This document shows positions 1-11,631 of a DNA stretch of 64,000 nt, piece after piece. Made by a program: the position numbers and the translations under genes. The notes below the pieces were generated by a model. The model saw only the letters and a program-made list of their open reading frames with translations. It ran no database searches and was not told the origin of the DNA. The stretch is from an uncultured Planctomycetota bacterium (GTDB taxonomy: Bacteria > Planctomycetota > Planctomycetia > Isosphaerales > Isosphaeraceae): the NCBI GenBank assembly GCA_963845755.1, contig CAWJTV010000041.1, forward strand, positions 512,001 to 576,000, in the 5' to 3' direction. Every line of letters begins with the position of its first letter. The first letter of the stretch is position 1.

Positions 1-23
1 CCGAATCGGCCTGGACCGTTCAC

Positions 24-93
24 CTACTTGCCACCTGCTACCTACTACTTGCCACTCGCTACTTGCCACTTGTCACTTGTCACTTGTCACTCA
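24..93. repeat. Heptamer tandem repeat (10 units, consensus YYACTTG)
   Basis: Units read directly: ctacttg ccacctg ctaccta ctacttg ccactcg ctacttg ccacttg tcacttg tcacttg tcactca, ending 13 nt before the clpB ATG. Confidence 0.9.
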
Positions 94-106
94 CGACGCC
101 ACTATC

Positions 107-2761
107 ATGCCCTTTCGATTCGACCAACTCACCCTGAAGAGCCAGGAGGCGGTGCAGCAAGCCCAGGCACTGGCTCGCGAGCGCAGTCATCAGCGGCTGG
201 AGCCGATGCATTTGCTGGCGGCCCTGTTGCACCCCGACCAGCAGGTCGTCCGCTCGCTCCTCGGCCAGTTGGGCGTCAACCCCGCCCAGATCCTCAAGGC
301 CGCCGAGGAGGGACTCAATGCCCTGCCGAAGGTCAGCGGCGGCGAGCAGACCCTCGGCCCTGAGCTGAACCAGGTGTTCGATGCCTCCGCCTCCGAGGCC
401 GAGCGCCTCAAGGACCAGTACATCTCGGTCGAGCACCTCTTGCTGGCCCTGGTGAAGGTCAAGAGCCGGGCACAGGCCCTGCTCGGCGCCCTGGGGATCA
501 CCGAGAAAGAGGTGCTCCAGGCGCTGCAAAAGGTCCGCGGCGGTCAGCGGGTCACCGATCAGAACCCCGAGGACAAGTACCAGGCGCTGGAGCGTTACGG
601 GCGCGATCTGGTCGAGCTGGCGCGCGAGGGAAAGATCGATCCGGTCATCGGCCGGGATTCGGAGATCCGTCGCGTTGTCCAGGTCCTGAGCCGGCGGACC
701 AAGAACAACCCGGTCCTGATCGGCGAGCCGGGCGTGGGCAAGACGGCGATTGTCGAGGGGCTGGCCCAGCGGATCGTCTCGGGCGACGTCCCCGAGAGCT
801 TGCAACAGCGACGTCTCATCGCGCTCGACATGGGCGCGCTGGTCGCCGGCACCAAGTTCCGCGGCGAGTTCGAGGAGCGGCTCAAGGCGGTCCTCAAGGA
901 GGTCGGCTCGTCGGAAGGCCGGATCATCCTGTTCATCGACGAGCTGCACCTGGTCGTCGGCGCGGGCAAGGCCGAGGGATCAATGGACGCGGCCAATCTG
1001 CTCAAGCCGGCCCTGGCGCGAGGTGAGCTCCGCTGCATCGGCGCGACGACCCTCGACGAGTTCCGCGAGCATATCGAGAAGGACCCGGCCCTGGAGCGTC
1101 GGTTCCAGCCGGTCTTCGTTGGCGAGCCTTCGGTCGAGGACACGATCGCCATCCTCCGCGGGTTGAAGGAGCGCTACGAGGTCCATCACAAGGTCAAGAT
1201 CCGGGATTCGGCCCTGGTCTCCGCCGCCAAGCTCGCGGCGCGATACATCACAGATCGATTCCTGCCCGACAAGGCGATCGACCTGGTGGACGAGGCCGCC
1301 AGCCGGCTGTCGATGGAGCTCCAGTCGGTCCCGACGGAGATCGACGTCCTCCAGCGCCGGCTGCTCCAGCTCCAGTTGGCCGAGCGGATGCTCCGTAGCG
1401 AGGAAGAAGAACACGCCCGGGAGCGCCTCGTCGAGATCGAGCTGGAAATCCAGCAGATCGAGAAGCAGCTCCAGGACCTGCGCGGCCAGTGGGAGATGGA
1501 GAAGTCCGGGCTGGGCGACATCCAGAAAGTCCGCGAGCGGCTGGAGGCGGTCAAGGTCGAATACGGCCGCGCCTGGGATGAAATCCGGCACATGCAGCAG
1601 CGGGGCGATCGGCCCGACGAGAATCAGTTCCAGGCCCTGGCCGGACTCGACTCCGAACGCAAGGCCCTGGAGAAGCGGATCGCCGAAGCCGAGGCACTCG
1701 GCGACGGACCGGCCAAGGGCACGGGTCGGCGCCTCCTCAAGAAGGAGGTCGACTCCGAGGAGATCGCCGAGGTCGTCTCCCAGTGGACCGGGATACCCGT
1801 GTCGCGGATGCTCACCACCGAGCGTGAGAAGCTCTTGAAGCTCGAGGACCAGATCCACCTCCGGATGGTGGACCAGGACGTGGCCGTCCGCGCCGTGGCC
1901 GACGCCGTCCGCCGCAGCCGCGCCGGCTTGCAGGACCCGAACCGGCCAATCGGCTCGTTCCTGTTCCTGGGGCCGACCGGGGTCGGCAAGACCGAGTTGG
2001 CCAAGGCGCTGGCCGAGTTCCTCTTCGACAGCGAGACGGCCATGGTCCGGCTCGATATGAGCGAGTACGGCGAGCGCCATAACGTCGCCCGGCTAATCGG
2101 CGCCCCGCCCGGATACGTCGGCTACGAGGAAGGCGGCCGGCTCACCGAGTCCGTCCGTCGCCGCCCCTATTCGGTCGTCCTCCTCGATGAGATCGAGAAG
2201 GCCCACCGCGACGTTTTCAACGTGTTGCTCCAGGTCCTCGACGATGGCCGGTTGACCGACGGACAGGGTCGCACCGTCGACTTCCGCAACACCGTCATCA
2301 TCATGACCTCCAACCTGGGCAGCCACATCATCGCCGAGCTGGCCGCATCCGGCGATGAGGCGAGGATGCGCAGTGAGATCCAGAGCGTCCTCAAGGAGGC
2401 GTTCCTGCCGGAGTTCCTCAACCGGGTCGACGACACCATCATCTTCCACCCGCTGGGGATGAAGGAGCTGACCCAGATCGTTGATATCCAGCTCCGGCGG
2501 CTCGAAGCCCAGCTCGCCGAGGCCGGGTTGACCCTCCATATCACCGACGAGGCCAAGAAGCGCCTGGCCGAAGAGGGCTTCGACCCGGCCTACGGCGCCC
2601 GGCCGCTCAAGCGCGTCATCCAGCAGCGACTGGCCAATCGCCTGGCGACTGCCCTGCTCGAGCAAAAGGTGGCCGAAGGGGACACTGTCGAGATCGGCTG
2701 GGAACCGGTGAAGCAAGCCTTCACGCTCACACCGGCCCGGTCGCCGACCGCCCGGGGCTGA
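107..2761 (+). CDS. clpB: ATP-dependent chaperone ClpB
   Basis: Clp N-domain; Walker A motifs GEPGVGKT and GPTGVGKT; coiled-coil middle domain; [12 protein letters not shown] and GARPLKR motifs. ATG at 107 (MPFRFDQLT) preferred over 77. Confidence 0.97.
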   Translation: MPFRFDQLTLKSQEAVQQAQALARERSHQRLEPMHLLAALLHPDQQVVRSLLGQLGVNPAQILKAAEEGLNALPKVSGGEQTLGPELNQVFDASASEAERLKDQYISVEHLLLALVKVKSRAQALLGALGITEKEVLQALQKVRGGQRVTDQNPEDKYQALERYGRDLVELAREGKIDPVIGRDSEIRRVVQVLSRRTKNNPVLIGEPGVGKTAIVEGLAQRIVSGDVPESLQQRRLIALDMGALVAGTKFRGEFEERLKAVLKEVGSSEGRIILFIDELHLVVGAGKAEGSMDAANLLKPALARGELRCIGATTLDEFREHIEKDPALERRFQPVFVGEPSVEDTIAILRGLKERYEVHHKVKIRDSALVSAAKLAARYITDRFLPDKAIDLVDEAASRLSMELQSVPTEIDVLQRRLLQLQLAERMLRSEEEEHARERLVEIELEIQQIEKQLQDLRGQWEMEKSGLGDIQKVRERLEAVKVEYGRAWDEIRHMQQRGDRPDENQFQALAGLDSERKALEKRIAEAEALGDGPAKGTGRRLLKKEVDSEEIAEVVSQWTGIPVSRMLTTEREKLLKLEDQIHLRMVDQDVAVRAVADAVRRSRAGLQDPNRPIGSFLFLGPTGVGKTELAKALAEFLFDSETAMVRLDMSEYGERHNVARLIGAPPGYVGYEEGGRLTESVRRRPYSVVLLDEIEKAHRDVFNVLLQVLDDGRLTDGQGRTVDFRNTVIIMTSNLGSHIIAELAASGDEARMRSEIQSVLKEAFLPEFLNRVDDTIIFHPLGMKELTQIVDIQLRRLEAQLAEAGLTLHITDEAKKRLAEEGFDPAYGARPLKRVIQQRLANRLATALLEQKVAEGDTVEIGWEPVKQAFTLTPARSPTARG

Positions 2762-2864
2762 GAGCCGTCGAACGAGATCCCCGATGAGTGGGGCCGGCGA
2801 TGGAAATTCGTGGACGCCTCAGGACGAACAGGATTGAACGTCAGAGCCCGATCAAGCCGGGAGT

Positions 2865-4816
2865 TCATGGGGCGACATCGGAGTTGTCGGGGCGCCCAGG
2901 CCCACCGAGGTCGATCACGACGCTCTTGCCGTCGTCGTAGAGCAGCGGGTAACGCGAGGCTAACTCTCCGAGCAGTTTGTATGCCCTGGCATCATTGGTA
3001 TTGAGAGAATAAATCCATAGGTTTAACACGACTCCGTCTGTCGGCCGGATCATCCCCGCTTTACTCATTTCCTTTGATCTGAACAGAACTTCGCATTTGC
3101 TACGGCTGGGACTGGCTACATAAGTGAGCCCGAGTCCTCTCAGGTAATCGGCGAGCTTCTCGGATCGACCGGTCAAGGGAATCCCGGGAGGAGGACTGAT
3201 CGACCCGATATTATCGGGAAAGTACACAGGATTACGCGTGTGATCGAGCAAGAGGGGCCAGTCCAGGAAGCAAAAGAGCGGCCGGCCGGCGGGTATCGAT
3301 GCCTGGATCCGACCGTACTGTTCGCGCTCCGCAAGCGTGAACCTCATGCGGCCCGTGATCGCTCCCCTGACGACATCGGGTAGCTCGCGAGAATCCAGGA
3401 CGACCTTGCGACCGTAGTAGAGGATCGAACCGGCAATCAGCAGGTAGACTCCGATCCGCACGGGCATTTGCATCGCACTCCGCGAGGCGAGCCTCAGGAG
3501 CGTTCCGTAGCAGATGATCACCATGAAGCATCTTGCCACATAGCCGTAACGCCAGAATTCTGCCGATTCGAAGACAGAAATCGTCGCCACAAGATTCACC
3601 AGACCAGCCGTACAGCACGCAAGGACCAGCGCGCGGCGTTTGATGGATGTTCGCCAGCGCAGCGTGCACCATACCGCTGTCCCGCAACCGGCCAGGAGGA
3701 AGAGGCTTTGTGGTTTGGGAACGACGTCCCGGATTTTCTCTGACAGGCGTGGGCGAGACGTACTGGAGAACGCCGTCTTATTGGGCAAGAGTGCGAGCGT
3801 GTGTTTTCGGTAACCCTCGCCAAGATAGGGATAGAGCAAGGTTTTCGACGCCTGGTAGGACCGGACCATATACGGCAAGACCATCACGAAGGACAGGATA
3901 CCGATCATGGCTCCGAGAGCGATGGGCCGGAGGCGCCGGGTCATCAATGCCAGGAGGACTTCCCAGGAAAATACGAAGAGTAAGACGATGCTGATGAGGG
4001 TTGTCTTGAGGGTCACGATAGCGGCAAGCAGAACGGCGGCCGCCATGCTCGCCCCGATCGGATTCCCGGATCTGACTTGGTACAGTGTCCTTGCCAGGGC
4101 CAGCAGGAGGAAGACAGGTACGACGGCAGCCGATGCGTTGATGATGGAGCAAGGATAGGTCGCGAAGACCAGGGTGAGTGCAAGTCGCGCAGCGCGCTTC
4201 AGACGCCGGATCGTGAGGAGTAGGACGCCCATTCCCAGGAAGGCAAGCCCAGGGTCGGCGAGATGGACGTAATCGACCGGGAGGACCGCGAGTACGAGAG
4301 CCTGGAGAAACGACTCACCTCCCAACGAAGCCGTGAGGCGATCCGAGAAAGGATCGATCGACATTCCGCCGGTCTGGAGCATCTCCACGGGCGCGAGCGT
4401 GTAGGCACCATCGTCCGAAATGAAGATCGAGTATCGTCCCGCGATGGTTCCTGGCTCGGGTGGAGGCTGATTGAAGCACAGCCAGTTCACATAACCAAGG
4501 AGCAGGACTCCGAGCGTCGCCACGTCCCAGCCCGAGAGATTGCGGGCTCCCTCGCCGAGTCGCGCAGACCCCCTTGGGCGAGCCAGGCCGCGACGCCGCC
4601 GAGCACGATTCCGATGATAAGTCCCGGAGAGATCACCCGGGCAAGGTTCAGCACTCCCCCCACGACGATCAGGAATGCCAGGCCCCATCCGGCCGCAAGC
4701 CCACCGTCATACCGCCTGAATCTCAGCAAGCGGCCGAGCGCCACGCCATATCCAACGAAGGCCGCGAGCAGGATGAAGCCCCAGACGAAGGCCCCGATAT
4801 AGGTCAGTACAGCCAT
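2865..4816 (-). CDS. Polytopic membrane protein, possible GT-C-type glycosyltransferase (frameshift near 4570)
   Basis: N-terminus MAVLTYIGAFVWG in ORF 4487..4909 joins ORF 2865..4688; many hydrophobic segments; DD pair in first large loop; last gene of a glycosyltransferase cluster. Confidence 0.6.
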
Positions 4817-4953
4817 ACAGATTGCCTCAATATCGAACGTGATCACAAATAATCTAATGAAATGACCCGTTCTGGCACGTTCCGTGGCGCGTCCCTTTCG
4901 ACCGCCCACGCCCGCGTGCCCGGGATGCTGCCGGGGGCCGAATTGTGACCGCC

Positions 4954-5790
4954 CTATCTGCCGCCGTCGTCTCGAATATCGTAGGCTTGCCTCGCCCAGA
5001 CGATGGCCTCGTCGATGATCTGCACTTTGAACGGCTCCTGGGCCCGCATCTCGATCGAGACCCAGCGGTCATAACCGACTTGCCCGAGGCTCTCGGCGAA
5101 TCGGCCGTGGTCAATCGTCGCCTCACTGACGGGGGCCAGGTTGGGTTCGCTGATGTGGAAGTGATGCAGGAGTGCCGAGTGATCACGAATCACGCTGGCG
5201 ATATCGTCGCTCACCATGTTCATGCAGGCCGTGTCGAGATGCAGGCGCAGTCCGGGCCGATTGACTCGGGCCACGAGATCGGCGGCGTCCGCGGCGCGCG
5301 TGACGAAATCGGCTTGATACTGGGGCGGATTCGCTTCCATGACCACCACCGTGCCGTACCGTTCGGCGATATCAGCGAGTTCTCCAAAGAATGTAATGGC
5401 CACATCCCACACGGTCTGCGCGGGGAGATCGCCCACTTGCCTGTTCCTGGGAGAGCCGAAAACCAGCGACTTGGCGCCAAGATCGGCACAAAGCCGGATG
5501 ATCGCGTCGAGGTAGGTCAGCGTCCGTGACCGAATCTCGGCATTCTCGAAGATGGTCAGATCCGGTCGCCCAAAGAGCAGTGCTTGAGCCGCGACCACCC
5601 GGAACCCTCGCTGTGCGAGCCCGTTTCGGTAACGACGGACATCCGATTGGTCAACCTCGCTCGGTGTCGTCCAGATCTTCGAGGGTGCGATCTCGATGTC
5701 CTTGACCCCATGCCGATCGAGAATCGGGAGCACCTCCTCGTCGACTCCTGACGGCCAGGCGATGTTCGAAATGGCGAGCTTGTAGGCCAT
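4954..5790 (-). CDS. Sugar phosphate isomerase/epimerase (xylose isomerase-like TIM barrel)
   Basis: MAYKLAISNIAW start, LVFGSPRNR, MEANP, HLDT, HFHISEP, WVSIEM motifs. Confidence 0.85.
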   Translation of the reverse strand: MAYKLAISNIAWPSGVDEEVLPILDRHGVKDIEIAPSKIWTTPSEVDQSDVRRYRNGLAQRGFRVVAAQALLFGRPDLTIFENAEIRSRTLTYLDAIIRLCADLGAKSLVFGSPRNRQVGDLPAQTVWDVAITFFGELADIAERYGTVVVMEANPPQYQADFVTRAADAADLVARVNRPGLRLHLDTACMNMVSDDIASVIRDHSALLHHFHISEPNLAPVSEATIDHGRFAESLGQVGYDRWVSIEMRAQEPFKVQIIDEAIVWARQAYDIRDDGGR

Positions 5791-5872
5791 GCTGCACTTC
5801 CCATGGGTAGAACGATGCGTTGCGATTCGGGTAACGTCCCGATCGGGCTCGAGATCGCCGACCGCTCGCGTC

Positions 5873-6580
5873 CTATCGGAGGACGTTTCCGCCATTGATG
5901 TCGATCGTGCAGCCGGTCATCGAGACCGCGTCGGGCGACAGGACAAAATGAACGCAGGCTGCAATCTCCTCCGGGGTCGCGAACCGCTTGAGAGGGATAG
6001 ACTGGCGGTAGGGCTCCAGGTCGTCCGCCGCGCGATCCTGGGTCATTCGGGTCCCGATCGTGACCCCGGGTGCCAGGCAGATGATGCGATTCCGTGGTGC
6101 AAGTTTCGGCGCCAAGGTCTTGACCATGGAGTGGATCGCCCCCTTCGTGATGGCGTAGGCGTCGTCATAACTCCCCTTGAAGGCCGATTGGGAGGACAGC
6201 AGCACAATCACGCCGCCCGGCTCCAGCTTCTCTCGCACGCGTGCCACCGCGGTCATGGCCGAAAAGAGGTTGACGTTGATCATCCGGGCCAGTTGCTCGA
6301 ACGGAGCCTCGAAGAGTGTCTGGGAGATCATGATGCCCGCGCAATTGATGAATGAGTCAACGGGCGTCTGTAGCCCGGCGAATGCGATCTCCACCGCCTT
6401 GGGATCCTCGAAGTCGCAGATCACGACCTCCGGGCAATCGGGGAATAGCGATCGTTGTCCCTCATCCCTCAGCACGGGCACGATCCGATCACCTTCGCTC
6501 GCGAGACGAGCGGCGATTGCTTTTCCGATCCCACTCGTCACGCCACTCACCAGATGAGTTCTCAACGGTTCGACTCCCAT
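5873..6580 (-). CDS. SDR family oxidoreductase
   Basis: SGVTSGIG cofactor motif, INCAG, YAITK catalytic motif, C-terminal INGG. Confidence 0.9.
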   Translation of the reverse strand: MGVEPLRTHLVSGVTSGIGKAIAARLASEGDRIVPVLRDEGQRSLFPDCPEVVICDFEDPKAVEIAFAGLQTPVDSFINCAGIMISQTLFEAPFEQLARMINVNLFSAMTAVARVREKLEPGGVIVLLSSQSAFKGSYDDAYAITKGAIHSMVKTLAPKLAPRNRIICLAPGVTIGTRMTQDRAADDLEPYRQSIPLKRFATPEEIAACVHFVLSPDAVSMTGCTIDINGGNVLR

Positions 6581-6585
6581 CGTGG

Positions 6586-7401
6586 TCAGGACACGGAAGG
6601 CGGGTTGCACGCCCCGCTCATCACCTCGAACACCTCTCGGAGGATGTTGAGATTTCCCCCCACACCCTTGATCTTCGAAGGTACTTCGTTCTTGGGGTAG
6701 CGGCGGTTGACCGGAATCTCCGTCATACGAAATCCAAGCCGCGCAGCTCGTACCAACAAGTAATAAGGAAGATTATAGGAATTGAAGATCTTGCGGAAGG
6801 GCTTGATCCGCGGATCCTCGATCAGTCGCCGGCTGTAACCGCGGTAACTGTTGGTTGTATCGGAGAATCGGCGATAAGCGGCGAGGCTGATGAGTGGAGC
6901 ATGGATCAAGCGAATGGCGAGTTCGCGATAGAGCGGAGCATTGATCGACTGGCCACCTTTGCGAAATCGGGACCCCGCCACGCAATCGTAGCCATCTTTC
7001 AGGTGGCTCACGTAGGTTGCCAGGAAATCGGGATCGTCCTTGTTGTTGCCGTCCATGTGGACCATGCCCTGATAGCCCTTCACGAGCGCATAGGCGAAGA
7101 GCAAGCGGAGCTGGGAGCTCATCCGTCCGGGGCTGGTTTTCCGGATCACGCAGGTCACGCCGAGATCTCGCATCAGCCCCGTCTCCGTGCAGCCATCGCT
7201 GCTGCCGCCATCGCAGATGATGACGTCAGGGAGTTCCGGCAGGTCCTTCATGTAGGCGAGCTGGTCCCTGATCCTCTGGCCCTCGTTCAAGACCGGAATC
7301 AGCACGCAGTAGGCTCCGGATTTCGATCGGAACTCCTCGATGTTTGCCGTCGGCAGTTCCCAGTCGGCAGGCGGATCCAGACTCTGGAAATCAATTCCCA
7401 T
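6586..7401 (-). CDS. GT2 glycosyltransferase (polyprenol-phosphate sugar synthase-like)
   Basis: IPVLNE, DGGSSDG, MDGNNKDDP, GSRF, DTTNSYR motifs. Confidence 0.88.
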   Translation of the reverse strand: MGIDFQSLDPPADWELPTANIEEFRSKSGAYCVLIPVLNEGQRIRDQLAYMKDLPELPDVIICDGGSSDGCTETGLMRDLGVTCVIRKTSPGRMSSQLRLLFAYALVKGYQGMVHMDGNNKDDPDFLATYVSHLKDGYDCVAGSRFRKGGQSINAPLYRELAIRLIHAPLISLAAYRRFSDTTNSYRGYSRRLIEDPRIKPFRKIFNSYNLPYYLLVRAARLGFRMTEIPVNRRYPKNEVPSKIKGVGGNLNILREVFEVMSGACNPPSVS

Positions 7402-8531
7402 GGCGGTGTAGGTCTCGGGGTGGAGCGGCGGTTCTGGGAGATCGATGGACCGGTCGAATCGAGCCTCGCCGGCGACGAGTTCGGCTCAAGGGTTGTCACC
7501 GACCTCCACTTGGTTCTCGATTGGGTCGGTTCGAAGGGTGAATCCGGTTCGAACTCGGTGTAGACATTGCGGCGCTCGCCGCGGATGCCGACCATCGGAC
7601 TGTGGAGCTCGTCAACGGCATGATAGAGGGGTTGGCTTGGCATTTCCTCGACCAATCTCATGAGGTATTCTCCGATCAGGAGCAACATGAGGAACATGAC
7701 GAGGAAATTGAAACTGTTCGTGAGCGATGTGGTCGCCCATCCCGGCGCGATATCCTTGCGCGACAGGTATGTCGCGATCACGTAACACGCGTATAACAGG
7801 CTGAACGAACTTCCCAGCAAGCCCAGGAGGCTCACCAACCGCAACGGCGCATTGGAATTATGCACCACCAGGGAGATCCCCTCGCGAATCGCGCCCCAGA
7901 ATGACGGTCTCGGCGGGAGTCCGCTACGATTAATCCTCCGGTATTCGAAGACCTTCACACTGTAGCCGATCTCGCAGATGAGCATGCTCAGGAATCGTCG
8001 TCGGCGCTGGATCCTGGTCATCCCGTTTACGGCCTGCCGGCTCAGGGCCAGCAGGTAAGTCGTCCCGGGGATCAATCGTATCTGTGCATAGCGGGCGATG
8101 ATCGCGTAGAAGAGGGACCGGCACGCCCGGTAGGGGAAGGATCGGCCCCTGTCCTTATCGCTGATCCCGACCACGACATCGCAGCCCCCGCGACACTGCT
8201 CGATCAGATCAGGGATGACGGCGGGGGGATCCCAATTCGGATTGAGCACAACCACGTAGTCGCCGATTGCTGCATCAAGTCCGGCCGTGATCGCGATGTC
8301 GTCGTGCATGTGCCTCGACAGTGGGATTACGCGCAGGCAATTCGCCGTGCCGATCAACTGCTTGCACACGTCGAGCGTCCCGTCCGTGGACCCGTTTTCG
8401 ATCAGCACGATCTCGTAATAGGCATAGCGTTCCCGGAGGATTTCACCGACTTCTCCGACGACCTTCTTGACGATCGATTCCGAGTTGTCCAACGGAATGA
8501 CCACGGTCACGAAAGCATCCAGAATCTCCAT
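7299..8531 (-). CDS. GT2 glycosyltransferase, GtrB-like with two C-terminal TM helices
   Basis: ENGSTDGT, AITAGLD, PGWAT..., IGEYL motifs. The low-complexity tail overlaps the next gene by ~100 nt, so the true stop may be earlier. Confidence 0.8.
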   Translation of the reverse strand: MEILDAFVTVVIPLDNSESIVKKVVGEVGEILRERYAYYEIVLIENGSTDGTLDVCKQLIGTANCLRVIPLSRHMHDDIAITAGLDAAIGDYVVVLNPNWDPPAVIPDLIEQCRGGCDVVVGISDKDRGRSFPYRACRSLFYAIIARYAQIRLIPGTTYLLALSRQAVNGMTRIQRRRRFLSMLICEIGYSVKVFEYRRINRSGLPPRPSFWGAIREGISLVVHNSNAPLRLVSLLGLLGSSFSLLYACYVIATYLSRKDIAPGWATTSLTNSFNFLVMFLMLLLIGEYLMRLVEEMPSQPLYHAVDELHSPMVGIRGERRNVYTEFEPDSPFEPTQSRTKWRSVTTLEPNSSPARLDSTGPSISQNRRSTPRPTPPWELISRVWIRLPTGNCRRQTSRSSDRNPEPTAC

Positions 8532-8719
8532 CGGTCGGTCCCCTATCCCCTTGAAGTCGGGATGTCTTCGAGAGATCCTGGAGCCTCCAGGACATCGTCA
8601 AGGAATGCGAGAGAGGCACGTACCCCTGGTCTCCGCGCCGACCTCTCTCGAGCGTGATGTGTCTCGGGGACCCTCGGGATCGGAGATCCTCGATAGCCGG
8701 TCCCAGGTGAGATCGGACT

Positions 8720-9877
8720 TCATTCATGAAGCGAGCTTTGGAGCATTTCGCGGCCATCCGCCGATCCGGAAGTAGACAGCGATCGATCGATCTCCCGGAC
8801 CGCGTCGTAGACATTGTCGATCTTTCCGCCCATCACTACGTGGTGATTCGGGATGCCATAGTGAGGCTTGTAGAGAATCGGACGGCCGTCGTCGATCTCG
8901 TTCCTCGGGAGGATCGTTTTGACCTCCCAGAGCGAGTCCACATATTCGCAATCCGCCAGGATGGGCAGATATTTTCGGGCATCGCGGATCATGTGAGGGA
9001 ACGCGGTCCGCTCCGACTCCCGGTCGAAACCGAAACGAGGTTTGTCGATGTCTCTCTCGCCGTCGAACCAGTGGTAGTGGGGTGTATACCGGACATGGCT
9101 CAACGTGTGGAGGCCACGCGGCGGGAACGGCATGCACGAGAAGAACGGGCCGCACATGATCGTGACACCCATGTGCCGGAGCGATTCGGGCACCCTCACC
9201 AGGCACAACTCCGCCATCTCATACTTGAGCGGGATGATCTCCAGGCCCGAGGAGCCGGTGATCTGATTAATCTGCGAGTACGCGCAATTGAATACCCTCC
9301 GGGCCCGGACGACCTCCCGGTCACCTTCCCCGCTCGAGAGCGTGGCCAGTATATCCCCGTCGCTGCAGGGGACCAACCGTTCCACGCGAGTCGAGCAGCG
9401 GATCCGGGCGCCCGAGGCTTCGATTCGCAGGCACATGTGGTCGCGAAGTTTTGTCGCATCGAAGGCACATTCTTCTGTCATGAACACATCTTCGACATAG
9501 CGGGCATCGAAGTACTTCCGGATGTCCTCGGGCGCCCGCTCAATAGGGGCCCCCATGATCCGCATGTACCCGGCGAACTGCGATGCCGTGACCTTCGAGA
9601 GCAGCCGGCTTATGGCGTAAATCGGCTTGAAGGATCGGTCCAGACAAGTAGGAAACTCTTCCACGAATCGGGAATAGTTCGCATGGGAGCGGCGTGCGGT
9701 GAGGAAGCTTCGGGGATAATGGTAACCGTTGTGAACGCGGGCCTGGTTATTGTACGAAGACCGCTGCATCAGGGATCGACCCTGCTCGCAAACCAGGGTG
9801 TTCCGGCCCTGCTTCGCGAAATGCTCCGCGAGGTAAAGGCCGAAGAAACCACCGCCGATGATGAGTGTGTCAAGCAT
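8720..9877 (-). CDS. FAD-dependent oxidoreductase
   Basis: IIGGGFFG dinucleotide-binding motif; SYNNQARVHNGYHYPRS; GGKIDNVYD. Confidence 0.88.
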   Translation of the reverse strand: MLDTLIIGGGFFGLYLAEHFAKQGRNTLVCEQGRSLMQRSSYNNQARVHNGYHYPRSFLTARRSHANYSRFVEEFPTCLDRSFKPIYAISRLLSKVTASQFAGYMRIMGAPIERAPEDIRKYFDARYVEDVFMTEECAFDATKLRDHMCLRIEASGARIRCSTRVERLVPCSDGDILATLSSGEGDREVVRARRVFNCAYSQINQITGSSGLEIIPLKYEMAELCLVRVPESLRHMGVTIMCGPFFSCMPFPPRGLHTLSHVRYTPHYHWFDGERDIDKPRFGFDRESERTAFPHMIRDARKYLPILADCEYVDSLWEVKTILPRNEIDDGRPILYKPHYGIPNHHVVMGGKIDNVYDAVREIDRSLSTSGSADGREMLQSSLHE

Positions 9878-10410
9878 GGCAGAATACTGCGGTTCACTCC
9901 GAGGAGACGCCAATCTTCGAAGGAGCGGGCGACCATGGTGCTCAGGACTTCTCGGGAGTGCGGAGGATTCGACCCGAGGCAAAGGCAATCTCACTGACGA
10001 TCCAACGTCCGAGACCCTCTATCGACGGCCTCGGCCTGAAACTCTTTGCCCTGAATCCGTTTCGGATCGAGCTCTTGGTCGGAGAGCAGGAACGTATAGG
10101 GAACGACCCGGACCCGGGGCGGCCCCGCTCCCACGCCCTGAATTCGCCCATCCAGGCGACTCGCTCAACTCGGGCTGGAGATCAGCCTGACCGGAAATCA
10201 GTCGGCAGTGCACCGAGTCGCGATCAGATCGACAGCAGCTTATGCTATGGGTAACCGCCTGAGAATCAATAGGTTGTGACGAAATAAACCTGTCTCAACA
10301 GGACAGCGCTCGTCTAACATATCACTCTCGGGCCGACGGAAACAAGACCTGATCGCGGTCGAACGAAAAACACAAGACTCAAATCAATTACTAAAAGCAG
10401 CATCCGTTGA

Positions 10411-11283
10411 TCACGTGGCTTCGCGCACAATTTCCCGGAGGTAAGCACCGTAGTCGTTGGGGATCCTGGCGGCCAGCCGCTCGACCTGCTCGGCGTCGAT
10501 GAAACCCATGCGATAGGCCACTTCCTCGATACACGCAACTTTGAGCCCCTGCCGAGATTCGATGGCCTCGACGTAATTGGCCGCCTGGATCAGCGACTCG
10601 ATCGTACCGGTGTCGAGCCAGGCGAATCCGCGGCTGAAGATCTCGACGCGAAGCTGGCCGCGGGCCAGGTACGCTCGATTCACATCCGTGATTTCCAGCT
10701 CACCCCGCGGCGAGGGCTTCAATCCCGCGGCGATCTCCACGACTTGATTGTCGTAGAAGTAAAGCCCCGTGACAGCGTGGTGCGACTTCGGTTGCGCCGG
10801 TTTTTCTTCGATCGAAAGGACGCGGCCCTCCGAATCGAATTCGACGACACCATAGCGCTCGGGGTCCTTGACCGGATAAGCGAACACCGTCGCGCCATCC
10901 TCACTCCGGGCACGCTGGAGCATCCCCTGGAACCCCTGCCCATAGAAGATGTTGTCGCCGAGGATCAGCGCCACCGAGTCGCCGCCGACGAACGAGGCAC
11001 CAATCAGGAAGGCCTGGGCCAGGCCGCCGGGGTGGGGCTGGACTGCATACGTAATGGAGATCCCGAGCTGGTTCCCATCTCCCAGCAGCTTCTCAAATCC
11101 GCCGATGTCGTCCGGCGTCGAGATCAGCAGGATCTCACGGATGCCGGCAAGCATCAGTGTTGACAGGGGGTAGTAAATCATCGGCTTGTCGTAGATGGGC
11201 AGCAACTGTTTGCTGACCGCCCGCGTGATCGGAAAGAGCCGCGTCCCTGCGCCGCCGGCCAGGATGATGCCTTTGCGAAACAT
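10411..11283 (-). CDS. rfbA: Glucose-1-phosphate thymidylyltransferase
   Basis: [45 protein letters not shown]. Confidence 0.97.
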   Translation of the reverse strand: MFRKGIILAGGAGTRLFPITRAVSKQLLPIYDKPMIYYPLSTLMLAGIREILLISTPDDIGGFEKLLGDGNQLGISITYAVQPHPGGLAQAFLIGASFVGGDSVALILGDNIFYGQGFQGMLQRARSEDGATVFAYPVKDPERYGVVEFDSEGRVLSIEEKPAQPKSHHAVTGLYFYDNQVVEIAAGLKPSPRGELEITDVNRAYLARGQLRVEIFSRGFAWLDTGTIESLIQAANYVEAIESRQGLKVACIEEVAYRMGFIDAEQVERLAARIPNDYGAYLREIVREAT

Positions 11284-11631
11284 ATGCTCAACCTCGCCGG
11301 GTTTTCAACCTCGATGGTTCTCAGGCGTCAGCTTCGATCGGCGATCGGCCGTCCTGGTGGTGGTCAAAGACCGCCCGATTGGACTGGCCTAGTGCTCGTG
11401 CATGTGTGATGAATCGATTCGTCGGGTGCACGAACCTGTGAAGCCCTTGGAAACGTAGCACAGGATGGCCGCCGAGTTCAAGCAACGTTCGGAAGCGCAG
11501 GGCGCTTGACCATGGAACGGCCCGCGCCTGTGGAGTCGATCGCGCCGAACATGGCTTGTCCGGTTTGATAGCGACGGAGTATCTTACAAGTCCTGATAAT
11601 GATTGCCCTTGGGGTCAATGGGTTGGTACGA

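Noticed and set aside
24..93. CRISPR array from the short repeats here and elsewhere
   Set aside because: Units are 7-9 nt and contiguous, with no unique spacers and no cas genes
7299..7560. Functional C-terminal extension or real overlap of the GtrB-like gene
   Set aside because: Low-complexity tail overlapping the next gene is more likely read-through from an indel
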